Positions 27,061 to 38,653 of a DNA stretch of 64,000 nt are shown here, piece by piece; within the stretch, counting starts at the first letter, position 1; each line of letters opens with the position of its first letter. The notes under the pieces were generated by a model. It was not told the DNA's origin, did not search any database, and saw only the letters and a program-made list of their open reading frames with translations. Made by a program: the position numbers and the translations under genes. Source of the stretch: Pavona decussata (taxonomy: Eukaryota); NCBI GenBank assembly GCA_977016875.1, contig CDRNST010000310.1:930001-994000 (forward strand), given 5' to 3'.

Positions 27061-28045
27061 CTGATGATAAACAAAAACAGTTTTGTGTCTGCTTTAGATT
27101 TCCTTTTAGCACATTGTACCATTACGAACTTCCTGACCTGGCCTTTTAGTGAAGTGAGCTTCGCTTTGATACAAACTTTCACCTTATTTTAATGATATTT
27201 AAATTATGAGAAAACATTCAAAAACATTTTCCAAATTCCAATTTGATCTGAAGAGTGTCCTCATATTGTAAAGCGCATTTGAACATCTCGTCGTGCTATT
27301 AAGTCGCTATACTAATTTACAGATTTATACTAACTAGTTTTCTGATCATTATTTTCGAATTCGAGGCCTACTCAAACCACTCCTACATAAAGTCTTCACA
27401 GAAAAGCAAAGTTTATAATTGTGCACAAAGTGACCAGGCCTTTGATTGGAAGCAAAGCTACGATTGACTCTGTTTACATGAAAAGCTTCTTGCTTTTCTT
27501 GTGCAAATTCATTTTCTTGTAGCTTAACTAGTTTATAATCATAATCAGTCTATAATTTGAAGAGAAGCAAAATAGCTGTATCAAAACAACTGAGTCAACT
27601 CTATAATGTCTTCTACTCAATAACCAGGTCACTAATAACGCAACAAAATCGTGCAAATCATAGACATATACCTGTTCTAAGCTTTATTTTCGCTGGACCC
27701 TGCAGCTTCAATGTTTTTTTTTTGTGTGTCTAGGAGCACTGTTTTGTTGTTCGTTCTTTTGTCCTCGTGACCAATACTGTCAGACGAGGTAAACAGTGCA
27801 GCTCGCCCCCCTCCACCCCCCCCCCCCCCCCCCTTCTCACGAAAAAAAGTCAATCAAAGCCAGAGGTGGAAAAGGTAAAGGAATACTGTTTATCTTTTAT
27901 CTTATCTGTGTGACGTTTCTGCCTTGTGTTGTTCTTTTAGTCATTTGTAATATTTTATACTGGGGTTGGGTGGGAGGTTGGGAGGGCGGGGGTAGGCTAC
28001 GCAAAGGACTCAACTTTGTCTCAGTTTCCCCCCTTCTCGTCTCAG

Positions 28046-28171
28046 GCGTTACGGGGTTTGGCGTACATGTGTGAAGTCGCCGAACAAACCTGTCAACTGC
28101 AAAGGAAACGGACCTTCACCAAGACGATCGTGGATGATCAGGAACGGAAGCAGCAACGTGCAGAACAATAA
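28046..28171 (+). CDS. FTAG-peptide precursor gene 3, exon 2 (C-x6-C)
   Basis: Strong acceptor tttccccccttctcgtctcag|GCG; ALRGLAYMCEVAEQTCQLQRKRTFTKTIVDDQERKQQRAEQ*; AATAAA at 28305; spliced product 80 aa. Confidence 0.8.
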   Translation, partial: ALRGLAYMCEVAEQTCQLQRKRTFTKTIVDDQERKQQRAEQ

Positions 28172-29528
28172 TGTGAATGATAGGAAAACTTTATAGAAGA
28201 CAACGAAACGCTTAATTCTACTGAGTGTCATCTCAGAACCAATGTCAAAAAAATGAACATAGCTTGTACAATTTACGTATCTGTAAAATTGTAGTAAAAA
28301 GGAAAATAAATAAAGCTGTATTCAATGTAAGGTTTTTGTTTTTGTTATTTATCGCTTCCTTTAACTGTACATTACAGTATATATTAGACGTCAAGATGTG
28401 GTCATATAAAAATAAATGAAATTCACCGATCTGGAGGTAAATAGCTACCATAATGTTTCAAAAATAACTGTGGTTTCCCTAGCTATCACTCCGACTGTAA
28501 TTACCCGGTTAGTGATCACAGAGCCTTAATTAAATTGACTGCACCCCGCGCGTGGCACAATTCAGCAATTATTACTCTTGCGGGATAAAATAAGATGTGA
28601 ATTTTCATGCACGAGCTTGTTCAGGAGCAACTGTTACAATAAATGTTAAAAGCCATATTAAATGATTAAGATTTTTCGAAGCCGTTCAACTGCATGCATC
28701 GTCGGTTAGTTCCACTCTACATCCTACTTCACGATGTATTTGTAGCACATGGAGCTTTGAAGGTTTCGTATGTTGATCTCTTTCAATTTTTTTTTCTATG
28801 GCTGTATAACAAAGCACTTAATGTCTGGCCCCTAGGGAAACAGTTACTTTTGTTTTGATTACTATTCACCATCACTGAGGTGAATAAATAGCACAATTTA
28901 CAGTTGTGTGGTTAGTGACCTGACAGCCAGCCTGGTGTTGACTTCAGGGGGTTAAACCTCAGTGCTTTTTTTTTTAATGTAAATGCAAACTTTTTAGCAT
29001 GCACAAGAACTTAACAATATTTACATCTGAAAAGGAAGTAAGGTTTGCATCAAAACAAAGTCACCTCCAGCCTCGCTTCTACTCAAAGGCCAGGTTAGTA
29101 AGCAAGCAACTGTAAATTGGCTGATTGTCTAGTGTATGTCAACCAGTGGATAGTTGGCATTTATTTCTCCGAAATCAGTAATGCGAGATATATATGGAGC
29201 CCACTCCAGGCCGTCAATGCAGAATACGAGTAGTTTCTTATGTAAGTTATCTTTCTCAGGGATAGCACAGCGAGCGAAATACGCGAACCCGCGCGAAAGT
29301 CGTCTCCCGCGAACCCTCCCACGAAGACACTCTCCCGCGCGCGCGCGTGTTTTGTTCGTTACACCATCACGGAACAAAATAACAAAACTATACGTAGGGT
29401 AGTCCAAATATGATACAATGCACAAAAACCTCTCCTGTCTGGTATTTGGCTGTCCTAACTGATAAGTTTCGGCTGAAGGAAGCGAAAAAGGATTGAAAAG
29501 CAACAGAAAGTCGCTAGCTAGTGTACTT

Positions 29529-30038
29529 CTTAAGGGCGATTTTGTCGCATACGACAAGCTTCGTGTAAATCAAACCTACAACTCCCTTATGACTTTCGTG
29601 TACGTCACAAAGAATGTCGTAAGTAAGTAAGTAAGTAATTTATTTAATGTCAAATACACAGGGGGTGGTCTCCCAGTCCCCCGAGCCACAGGCTCATGAT
29701 AAAAGTGTTTGACAATATAAAAAAAAGATAACAACTACTAATTAAATTAAAAAATAACATCTATCTATAAAGATAAATAAATAAAAATAAATCAGGTCAA
29801 AGACAATTGCTGCATTGACAGCTGTTAAAATTTAACTTAGTTAAAAGTCTTCGAAAGGATGATGCATTAGGTGCGTTTTGCATTAGGATTTTATAAAATC
29901 CTACGACAATCGTAGATATAGGCAATGTTGAATGACGAGAGTTGTGTGGGATCTTTTGCATGACGCGAGCAGCGCGCGGTCTAGAAATCGCATGCGACAG
30001 TCGTAAGCAAAAGTTGTACCGTCTAAATCGACCTTAAG
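29529..30038. mobile_element. MITE containing a minus-strand LINE 3' end with a (TTAC)n tail
   Basis: Ends cttaagggcgattt / aaatcgaccttaag; internal aagtaagtaagt...ggctcatgataaaagtg shared with 26530-26605. Confidence 0.55.
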
Positions 30039-31483
30039 TCTCACAGCATTTAGTGAGGAATGTAAACAGAAGATTTTACAGCTGAAATGCCAAGAAAGGA
30101 ATATTCTGTTGAATTAGCAAAATAGTGCATTACTAGTCCCTTAGTTTTTTTCCTCTCAGGGAAACATCGAGATTCTTGGGAAAACCAACTGACTGTTCCC
30201 CTTGTGTATATTATTATACTCTTAATGCACATGTTACAGTGGACTGCAGTGTGAAAGGAAAGACTGCTTATTTGTTTGTTTGTTTGTTTGTTTTATTTTT
30301 CGTTTTTGTTTAATTTCCCTTTTTTTTTTTTGGATTGAAAGACCAGGAGATAGAGCAATAGAACCCCAGGGCAGTATTAAGGGAATTTTACTCACGGGGA
30401 GGTACGAATGAACCCAAAAAAAAGTCCATTTAGGCTGAACCTGACACAAAAAAGTCCAACGGTCCAGAACGCAACCCAAAACAATCCCTTTTTTCTTTGC
30501 GTAAAAAGGTCAAACCCCAATCAAGAGCTTACTAAAATCTTTCGCCCCCCAAAAAGTCACTACAAATTTTTCAAAGCAAACAAAGTCCCTTTTTCGTTAC
30601 GTAAAAAAGGTCAAAACCCTCTCCTCCCCCCGCCCCCACCAAAAAAATTCCTTACCAAAATGTTTCACCCAAAGGCCATCACAAATTTTTCAAACCCAAA
30701 AAGGTTTTCAGATCATTACAATTCAAACCCAAACCTCTCCCCATCTCCCAGTCACTAATATACCTGAGTAACCACTGTCCACCCCTTCCCAGGGAGGGGT
30801 ACCGCTGCTTATGCTGGCCAGATCATTTCTTTTATATGCATGAATCACAGTTTACTGATCCGCCGATAATCATTTCTGATGAGATCCGTTCCACCAATGG
30901 GTCGTTAGTCAAAGTAGGAATGTCATCTATTTTTCAGTGTTCATTTCCGCGCCGTCTCCTTGGACAAAACACGTCACGTGGTACAAAATCGGACGGCGGT
31001 TTGATAAGTCGCTCGACTTTTATCAACGAGAGGAACAAGATAGAACATCTCCCTTTTAGGTCTCAGTTACTGTAATCCAATCACAGTTTAATAAAATCAA
31101 GTAAATTAGTTAGTTTACATTTGCTTGGCTGCAAATCACGCCGTTGGCCATCACTGTCTTTTGTGACAGTAAAACATCGTTTTTTATTTACAGTATATTT
31201 AGTAAATGAGTCCTTTTCCAGCTTGCTGAATAAACTTGAAAGAGTTGGCCACATTTTTTCAAGTTCCTCTTGTGAGTACTCAAAAAAAAAACTCGATAAA
31301 AATGACTGATTATGCTTTTTTTTTTTTTCTTCTTTTGATAAATCACTTGATAGTTTGTTTTCAGTGCTCTAGAGTAATTTCATTTATGAGCAAAGGCACT
31401 TTTTTAAATATTTATTGCAGTTTTGGTCATCCGCACAGAACACAAAGTTTCCGAGGCCATAATATCTGTTTAAGACTTAGTTC

Positions 31484-33529
31484 TTATTAACCAAGCGGAA
31501 GGTCTGTATGGGAGAATCTTGACCGAGGTCGCCAGTACAGACCGAACGCAGTGAGGTCTGTACCAGCGACCGAGGTCAAGATTCTCCCATACAAACCGAC
31601 CTAGCTCGGTTAATAAGATGTTTATTATATGGCCAAACAGGAAATCAAAAGGAAAAAAGTATATTTGTTCCCCTGCGCGGGCTCAAGCATTTAGCTGGCT
31701 TACTTCTGTCACTAGTCTCCAGTCCAAACGGGACAAAAATATCTGTTCAAAGTACAGCTTTGTACAAACTTCGTCAAAGAATGAAGACAAAGTAACCGTT
31801 GTTTTCCTACAGGCTCAATGAAAATTTTCTAAAATGCGACCAAAAGTGCAACAAATTTTAATGCCTGTCTGTGCCGCGATCGCTCAGCGATCAGTTCTCA
31901 TTCAGCCTTGCAATCTTTGACTGATCACTACAGGAAACGTTAATGTTATATGTGCAGCCTTCAAACTTGTCAATATGTGCTCCGGCAAAAATTGCCTGAG
32001 GTTGCATTTGTTGGACTGTGATGACATTTTGCTGAGCTGTAGTGGAGGCACTGACTTGGTTTTCTTCGAACTGAGCGGATGTATCTGGTCCACGATTCAG
32101 GACAGTAGAAATTTCTTGCTGTCGCTTGAGAGATGCTGAATGGTAGCTGTCGAGGCTTTTCAAATTTTTATGACCGCTTAGCTGTGCAACGAAATTTGGC
32201 TGAACGTCTGCTTCGAGGAGACGTCCAACACTGGTATTCCTAACGGAGTGATTAGAAACCTTCTTCTTGTTTGTTTCGTCGAGTTTGGCTGAAGCAAAGG
32301 CGTCTTTGAGGAACTTGCCAATTTCATTCTTTCCGAGGGGCCTATCCAGATACCATACTTTCTCACTTGGTTTTCGTCGGTGATTTATGGCGAGATAAAA
32401 AGGAGCATTTGGATCTAACATGGCTTCGGAACGATGGCTTCGAGACACTTTGTAAAATTCAACTGGGCATCTTGGCTTGTTTTTGCTTGCATACGCTTTC
32501 GGTTTATAGGCTCTTTGATGGCCACCATCTTGTCCGGTGCGTGTTTTGCTGCCTCTTTCTGACTTCCACACAAGGTATTCAGAATCGGTTTCTGGATCAT
32601 TGGCCAAGCCTACATCACCCCAACACATCTTACGGCTCTCATCTCGAGCCCTCCAGCCGAAATGGAGGGAAAGAAACCACCAAAAAGCCCTTTGTAATGA
32701 GTTAGGATCCTGAACACCGAACTGGCCATTTTCAAAAAGTGCATCTTCTTCAGCTTCAGTTAGCTCTCTTGTGGCATTTGGACGGTTTCCTTTTCCTTGG
32801 CGAATCAGGTTCTTTCGTTTGGGAGCAAGAACCTCTCTGGACTTAGAGAACTCGTTATCCTTAAGAATGTTGATCAGAATTCCTTTTTCATGCATGTGAT
32901 GTTGAAAACTTCGTTGGAAGCCGCTCAATGTACACGGTTCGTACTCGGTGCCATCTTGTTTACGAACGGAGATAAAAAATTTAGACAAAAGAAGGTCGAG
33001 CTCATTGGCAGGTATGTTTTCAATTGCTCTCGACTCTTTCATTGACTCACAAAATTTCTTCCAAGTGTTTAAGTCGCTCTTAGTCTTGTATTGAGTGTTT
33101 TTGAATTTTTGCGCTTGCAAATACTTCTCAATTTCGTCTTCGTCTTTGCTCGTAGCTTTTTCGGCTGGACTCAAATTTTCCAACGTTCGCTCATTCTCTT
33201 GACCTGCTTCCACGTTCAGGGCTACTGGTTCTTCCATTTAGTACTGTTATAATTAAAAGGATCAAGCCAATTTTTTTCCTTTTTTTGTTTGTAACTTTTT
33301 GGGGACAAATGTTACAATAAGATCGGTCTAGATGCCGTTCTAGATGGGAAAATCTAGACTGCCGTCAATATAATTTAAGATAGAAAATGTACCACAGTTA
33401 CTCGAGTTTCACGCACTAAGCGATCACCAGACTGTACCGTTGGAGTTTGTAGAGTCAATATCAATTTTAGCCAATCAAGTTTTTGAATTTGATCGTTTCC
33501 AGTCCTTTTGAGACACGGCCATACAATAA
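31484..33529 (-). mobile_element. Crypton-like DNA transposon, apparently complete
   Basis: Recombinase ORF flanked by a 133-nt hairpin (31484-31616) and inverted ttattatatggcc (31622) / ggccatacaataa (33517-33529). Confidence 0.7.
31891..33237 (-). CDS. Crypton-type tyrosine recombinase (DUF3504, KIAA1958/QRICH1/ZMYM-like), intronless
   Basis: 448-aa ORF with VRKQDGTEYEP, HFGWRARDE (R), SKTR (K), SNHSVR (HxxR) and SGHKNLKSLDSY (H, Y), the tyrosine-recombinase catalytic set. Confidence 0.88.
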   Translation of the reverse strand: MEEPVALNVEAGQENERTLENLSPAEKATSKDEDEIEKYLQAQKFKNTQYKTKSDLNTWKKFCESMKESRAIENIPANELDLLLSKFFISVRKQDGTEYEPCTLSGFQRSFQHHMHEKGILINILKDNEFSKSREVLAPKRKNLIRQGKGNRPNATRELTEAEEDALFENGQFGVQDPNSLQRAFWWFLSLHFGWRARDESRKMCWGDVGLANDPETDSEYLVWKSERGSKTRTGQDGGHQRAYKPKAYASKNKPRCPVEFYKVSRSHRSEAMLDPNAPFYLAINHRRKPSEKVWYLDRPLGKNEIGKFLKDAFASAKLDETNKKKVSNHSVRNTSVGRLLEADVQPNFVAQLSGHKNLKSLDSYHSASLKRQQEISTVLNRGPDTSAQFEENQVSASTTAQQNVITVQQMQPQAIFAGAHIDKFEGCTYNINVSCSDQSKIARLNEN

Positions 33530-33922
33530 TGAGGAATAAAAATTTCTTCGAGAACTTGAACATTGAACCATTAGGAAAATTACAACCCTACACTCAGCCT
33601 TCGGCCTCCCCCCTCCTGAACTTCTCGTACCTCATGTTCCATTTCTTTAGCTGAAATTACTCTCTGTCACTTCCTCGTGTAAGCTATATAGGTTTATGCG
33701 GCTTGAAACAGTGTGATTATCTTTATCGCTGAAAGGGACTATAGGATTTTTGTTTAATTTTAAAAACGAAGAATGCTCTTTGTTTTTTGGAGTTGAATCA
33801 CAAAAGTGAGGGAAACTAGATCTTTTTGAGAGACTGCTGTCCCTTCATCAGTGTTTAGAGCTTTAACCACTTTGCAACCTCTGTTTGTCTTCTTGCCTGA
33901 AAAAAGTACACATTTCGGCCGT

Positions 33923-34293
33923 GACGGTGCCTTAATTAATACCGTGGTATTTTTGCACGGTTTATGATTATGCGGGAAAAGCAGATATTAGCAAGGGCTG
34001 TTTGAATCCAAAAAGAAAATTCGGGGTAACCAAGCATTTTTGCAGAGATAATTAAGCAACAATTCTAAGAAGCTTCAAAATACATACCAATGGATGTCAT
34101 TTTTCTCAGATCTCTGAATAACGCGTGGTTACCCCCAATTTTCTTTCTGGATTTCAATAGGCCTTGCTAAGATCTTCTTTTCAGGCAGTGAGAGTCATAA
34201 GCCGCGCAAAAATACCTTTGAATTAGAGGTTCTCGGACCATCCCAAGATGCCCGGAAAATGTGCGCAGTAGCAAAAGGACGCACCGTCCTTAA
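33923..34293. mobile_element. TTAA-type MITE (same family as 17843-18060)
   Basis: Ends gacggtgcct / gcaccgtccttaa. Confidence 0.55.
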
Positions 34294-34404
34294 GCCTCAA
34301 ACTCGTAGAATTAAACCTATCAATCAAAATATCACCTGGCAGATTCTCTCCACCGCTCTCCATATATTTCTTTCAGTAACAGTTGGGAGAATATGAAGAA
34401 ATTT

Positions 34405-34818
34405 CCCGTATTTATTCGTTTAACTGCACTGGGTGCTTATTTAATTTTGGACCCATGAAAATGGGCGCTTACAATTTTCTCAACATTTTCAGCAAGCGAG
34501 GACATTTTTAGAGAGAAGCAAACCAAGGCATAACAAGTTTATTTCGCTTCAAAAAGACATAAAAAAGGGCAAAAGCTATCATAAACAAGCCATGCATAAA
34601 CAATCTAAAAGTTCCTTGACTGCCGTATCTAAAACCAATTTTGGAACACAGCTGACGCTCCTCTTACTTGCACTGGGCTGGTACAGAAATGTTTCTTTTT
34701 TATTGGGAGGGGGTTGGGGGGGCGCTTATAAAGTTTTGGGCTTTCATTGTGGGCGGTTTTTCATTCGAGGCGGGTGCTTATAAATTCGAAGGTGGGCACT
34801 TAATCGAATAAAAACGGT
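34405..34818. mobile_element. pogo/Tigger-like MITE
   Basis: Ends ccgtatttattcg / cgaataaaaacgg with internal ggg.gctta motifs. Confidence 0.55.
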
Positions 34819-35506
34819 AACTGTTCAATCAAGCAGTGATATTGTAGGGAGAATTTATATGCTCGTCACTACTGGGGCCAGGTAAAGACAAACGCGAGAA
34901 GAAAAAATGCCGCGTTAATAGTTTTCTGCCGTTTATTTTTGGTGGGCTTGAAACCTACTTTCTAAGGACATGTAGTTTTGCGAAAACTTCCTCATTTTCA
35001 AAATACATTAAACTCTTGCCCTTTTTTAAAGAATTAGTCATCATCGGGAGCAGAGAGAATTGAGAGCACTCGTCTTTCACCTGAATATAACCCAGGTTAA
35101 ATTTTGTTTCTGGTTCTCGTCCTTTTTCCGAGACTTAACATATTAGAAACTAAAGTATAAGAACAAAACATAGTCTCAGGATTGAATTAAACATAACTGG
35201 TCATAAAGCGAAAAAAATTGTAGCATGTTATTTAGATCTTTTGGTCAATGAAAATGGCCTGACAATCATAAATCCTGTTTATTTGTGCCATTAATGCGTT
35301 GTGTGCAGCTGTAAACGTGACCGGTGTACATGCGATACGGGTTTAATATATCGGCTATACGCGCCGACACCTCCGTGCACACCGTTAGCTGGCATCATCA
35401 GTTTTCGAGGCTATTGTCTCGATCGCTCATTCAAATTCGCGCCCGGAAGTGTTTACAAATCTATGACATTTGGAGAACTCAGTGGAAAACAGTGAGAGCT
35501 GTACCA

Positions 35507-36081
35507 CAGGCATCCCAAGCTCACGTTTAGAGAAAGCGCATAATTCATTATCTATTTTAGTATTTATTCATATAAGTGTCACGGCTGCGTGAGTTGAAAC
35601 ATATGAGAAACCGTTGAGAATTTGAGCGCGTTATAAGACGTTGTATGGGGAATAAAATATCGTTGATTTAGAAAGTAAATACTTTGGAATATCCACGTTT
35701 TTTGCGTAAGATGATTAAAACAAACTCACCCCTTGTGTGTCCGTTGTGCTTTTTCGTTATTTTCTCTTTTTTGGGCTTTTTATGCCACCACAGTTTTTCC
35801 CTTCATAAGAGTCTTATGAAGGGAAGAACAGTGGTGGTATAAAATGCCCAAAACAGCGACATAAATGTACGTGTATATTTCAAAGTATTTAGCGTTCTAT
35901 TAAAATCAACGACATTTTATTGCCCATACAACGTCTTATAAAGCGCTCAAACTCTCAAAGATTTCTCATGTAACCTAACACCGCGTAAGATGAAAGGTCA
36001 CGTTCCAACTCACACAGCCTTGACGCTTATATGAATAAATACTAATTCTTCGCTTTCTCTAAACGTGAGCTTGCGACGCCT
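35507..36081. mobile_element. Foldback element (whole-length imperfect palindrome)
   Basis: Arms pair from caggcatcccaagctcacgtttagagaaagcg to the centre cccttcataaga-g-tcttatgaaggg (about 35810); extra left end at 36152. Confidence 0.8.
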
Positions 36082-36700
36082 TTGAGGGCATCCGGGGTTA
36101 AAAACAAAAACTGTGTTTTCAACGGTCGTGTGTCGTGGTGAATGCGTACGCACAGGTGTCCCAAGCTCACTTTTAGAGAAAGCGAAGAATTAATTATCTA
36201 TTTGGTATTTATTCATATAAGCGTCACGGCTTAAAATAGCAAACATGAAATAGAGCAACAAACAGACAATAGGCAATACACCTTAGAAGCAAAGTATGTC
36301 ATTTTTATAAAGAACTTTCCAGTACTTGTACCTCCTAAACCCGATCGTAAATATTCCCATAAAAACTCTTGTTTGCGCCGTGACTGCTATTACGCAAGAT
36401 GATCATCACTGACAGCTTGAGCTTGGGCCGCCTGTGCGTTGATGAGCACAAGAGATCAGTCATTGATGAGCACAAAAGATCAGTCACCTGGAACAGAAAC
36501 AACCTGGGAGCCAACACTCTTTAGTGACTTGACGCACTTTTCGATCCTGAAGAAATGTCAAAACATACTTGACTGCCTCATTCAGAGAACTTAAACAGAA
36601 TCTTAACACTCAAGTCTGGCTCAGTATCTGTCCAAAACTATTCACATCAAACAGTACTCTCCCAATCTTAATAATTATATTCATAATACTTCAGTCAACG

Positions 36701-37170
36701 CATTTGACATGGGGACGGCGAAACGTTATTAGCTACTAATTTCGTTTTTATTTTAAAACGTTTCTCTAAAACTTTTTCCCTTTCATTATTTAAATTTTCT
36801 GTCTTACAGCTAGCACACCTAACATATTTTTTGCTTAATTTTGGACTTTTTTAATTCAGTTTTATGCTTTTTGTGCTCCATCATAACCGATGAAGACCTA
36901 AGCTGCGACATCTGTTAGATCGAAACGTCTTTCATTTGACATGAGCACGGCGAAACGTTGTTCGCTACTAATTTCGCTAGTTTTCACCATTAAACGGTTC
37001 TCAGTCTAAAACTTTTTCCCTTTCAGTATTAATTTGCTGTCTTATAGCACGCCTAGCACATTTGTTTTGCATCATTTTGTACTTTTATAATTCATTTTTT
37101 TTATGTTTTTTGAGTCCATCATAACCGATGAAGACCTAAGCTGTGACATCTGTTAGGTCGAAACGTCTTT
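36701..37170 (+). repeat. Two tandem units of about 235 bp, each ending in a hammerhead-like motif
   Basis: Units start at 36701 and 36933; each has CCGATGA-a-GACCTAA...TTAG(G/A)TC-GAAACGTC. Confidence 0.6.
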
Positions 37171-38653
37171 CAGTTCAAGTGTCAAACCATGACACATTTT
37201 ATTCATGAATGCTGGATGCAATTCTCGTATTTTTCGTGTATCAAATATTTGTTACCAGTGAAACGGTCTCTGAGCAGATCTTACTCACCATGACACAGAA
37301 TTTCTTTGATTTCCTGGGAAATTTATTTATTGATAAGGCAGGATTTCTCTTCATGTTTTGTTGCTATGTACATATTGTTTATTCTCTCAAAAATGCTCCA
37401 ATGCGTCATGCTAAGAACTATTTTTTTCTTTATTCAAGCCATGCAACAATACAAAAAAAAAACAGATCCAAGTTTTAAACATAAACAACCAGCTCGTGGC
37501 TTGGCAGCATTTTACCAAGACTTGCAGAACAACCCTTTATTCACTAATATAAAAGAAGCAACTTTAAATTAGAACAAATTGGAAACGATAATGATGTATC
37601 TTGAATAAAGACGGAAATATTTCCTTTATAAATTGTCAGTGATAGCAATGATAACAACGCTTCATTAATTATCTTTAGCTTTCATAAATATGGAAATTTT
37701 ACAATAGTTGAAAAAGAATTCCTGTCGATGCTGCGCTTGTTTGGTGATCTCAGTTTCTTCTATACAGCTGGTGGGTGTAAAGAATTTTTAACATATCGAT
37801 TTAGGTTATTTTTTTCCGTCTCAATTCAAGACATTGGTTTTGTTAATTCCAAATTTCGTTTCCCAGTAGGGCTTGAATATTTGAGCGGCTGTATTCAACA
37901 TTGAAATTTCAGATTTTCGTCACTACTGTGTTTTTTAAACCAATATGTACAAATGTCCGCAGAACGTGCGTACGTTGTTAGACTTTACCACTGAGTTTAA
38001 ATATCGTTTTCCGTGAAAATCTTATGCGCTAAAAACTATAAATAATTAATTGTTTTCTTTATTCTTCAACTGATCATCCCAACCAATTATAATGAGAAAT
38101 CTCCGGTGCCTTCATCAGCGTGAAACCGAATTCGTCTGTCTTTCTCGCCATATTTAATCCTTCTGCACCTCCAAATGAACCGCGATTAAAACGTCAACTT
38201 TGGTCAAAGTCAGGCCAACAGTCCGTATTCTTTGATAAACCAGATCTTGATTCCCTCCTGTAATTCACAAGGGCCTTTTACTGCGACGTAGGTGAGACAG
38301 TCAATGATTTTGTCTTTCCCCTCAGTCATGCCAGAAATAGCGATAGGGTTGCTTTTTTGTCCGGGTGCAATTCTCTCGTTTGTAGCCTCTTTTACGAAGA
38401 AATCAGGAAACATTGCCTGAGCAAATCGTTGTACCTCTCGGGCGTATGATTCGCCACGTTTTGCTGACAGAATAAACGAATCCTCGCTGGTATCTGAACT
38501 CGACGAATATCTGGATGCTTGGTATTTGCAAAATGAAGTAGTTTGAAACGCTTCCACTTGTCTGCCTCTAACCAATTGGCTTTCCATTGTCAAACAGCTC
38601 TCAAGGCTTCACTTGCCTCAAAATTCCAAGGCTTTAGCTTAAAGGGTGGCTTT

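Noticed and set aside
36335-36487. Minus-strand VTDLLCSSMTDLLCSS as a Cys-pair exon
   Set aside because: The Cys pair arises from a 24-bp tandem duplication and the segment overlaps a transposon end
38210-38593. 127-aa minus-strand ORF
   Set aside because: Non-ATG start, no recognisable motif or splice support
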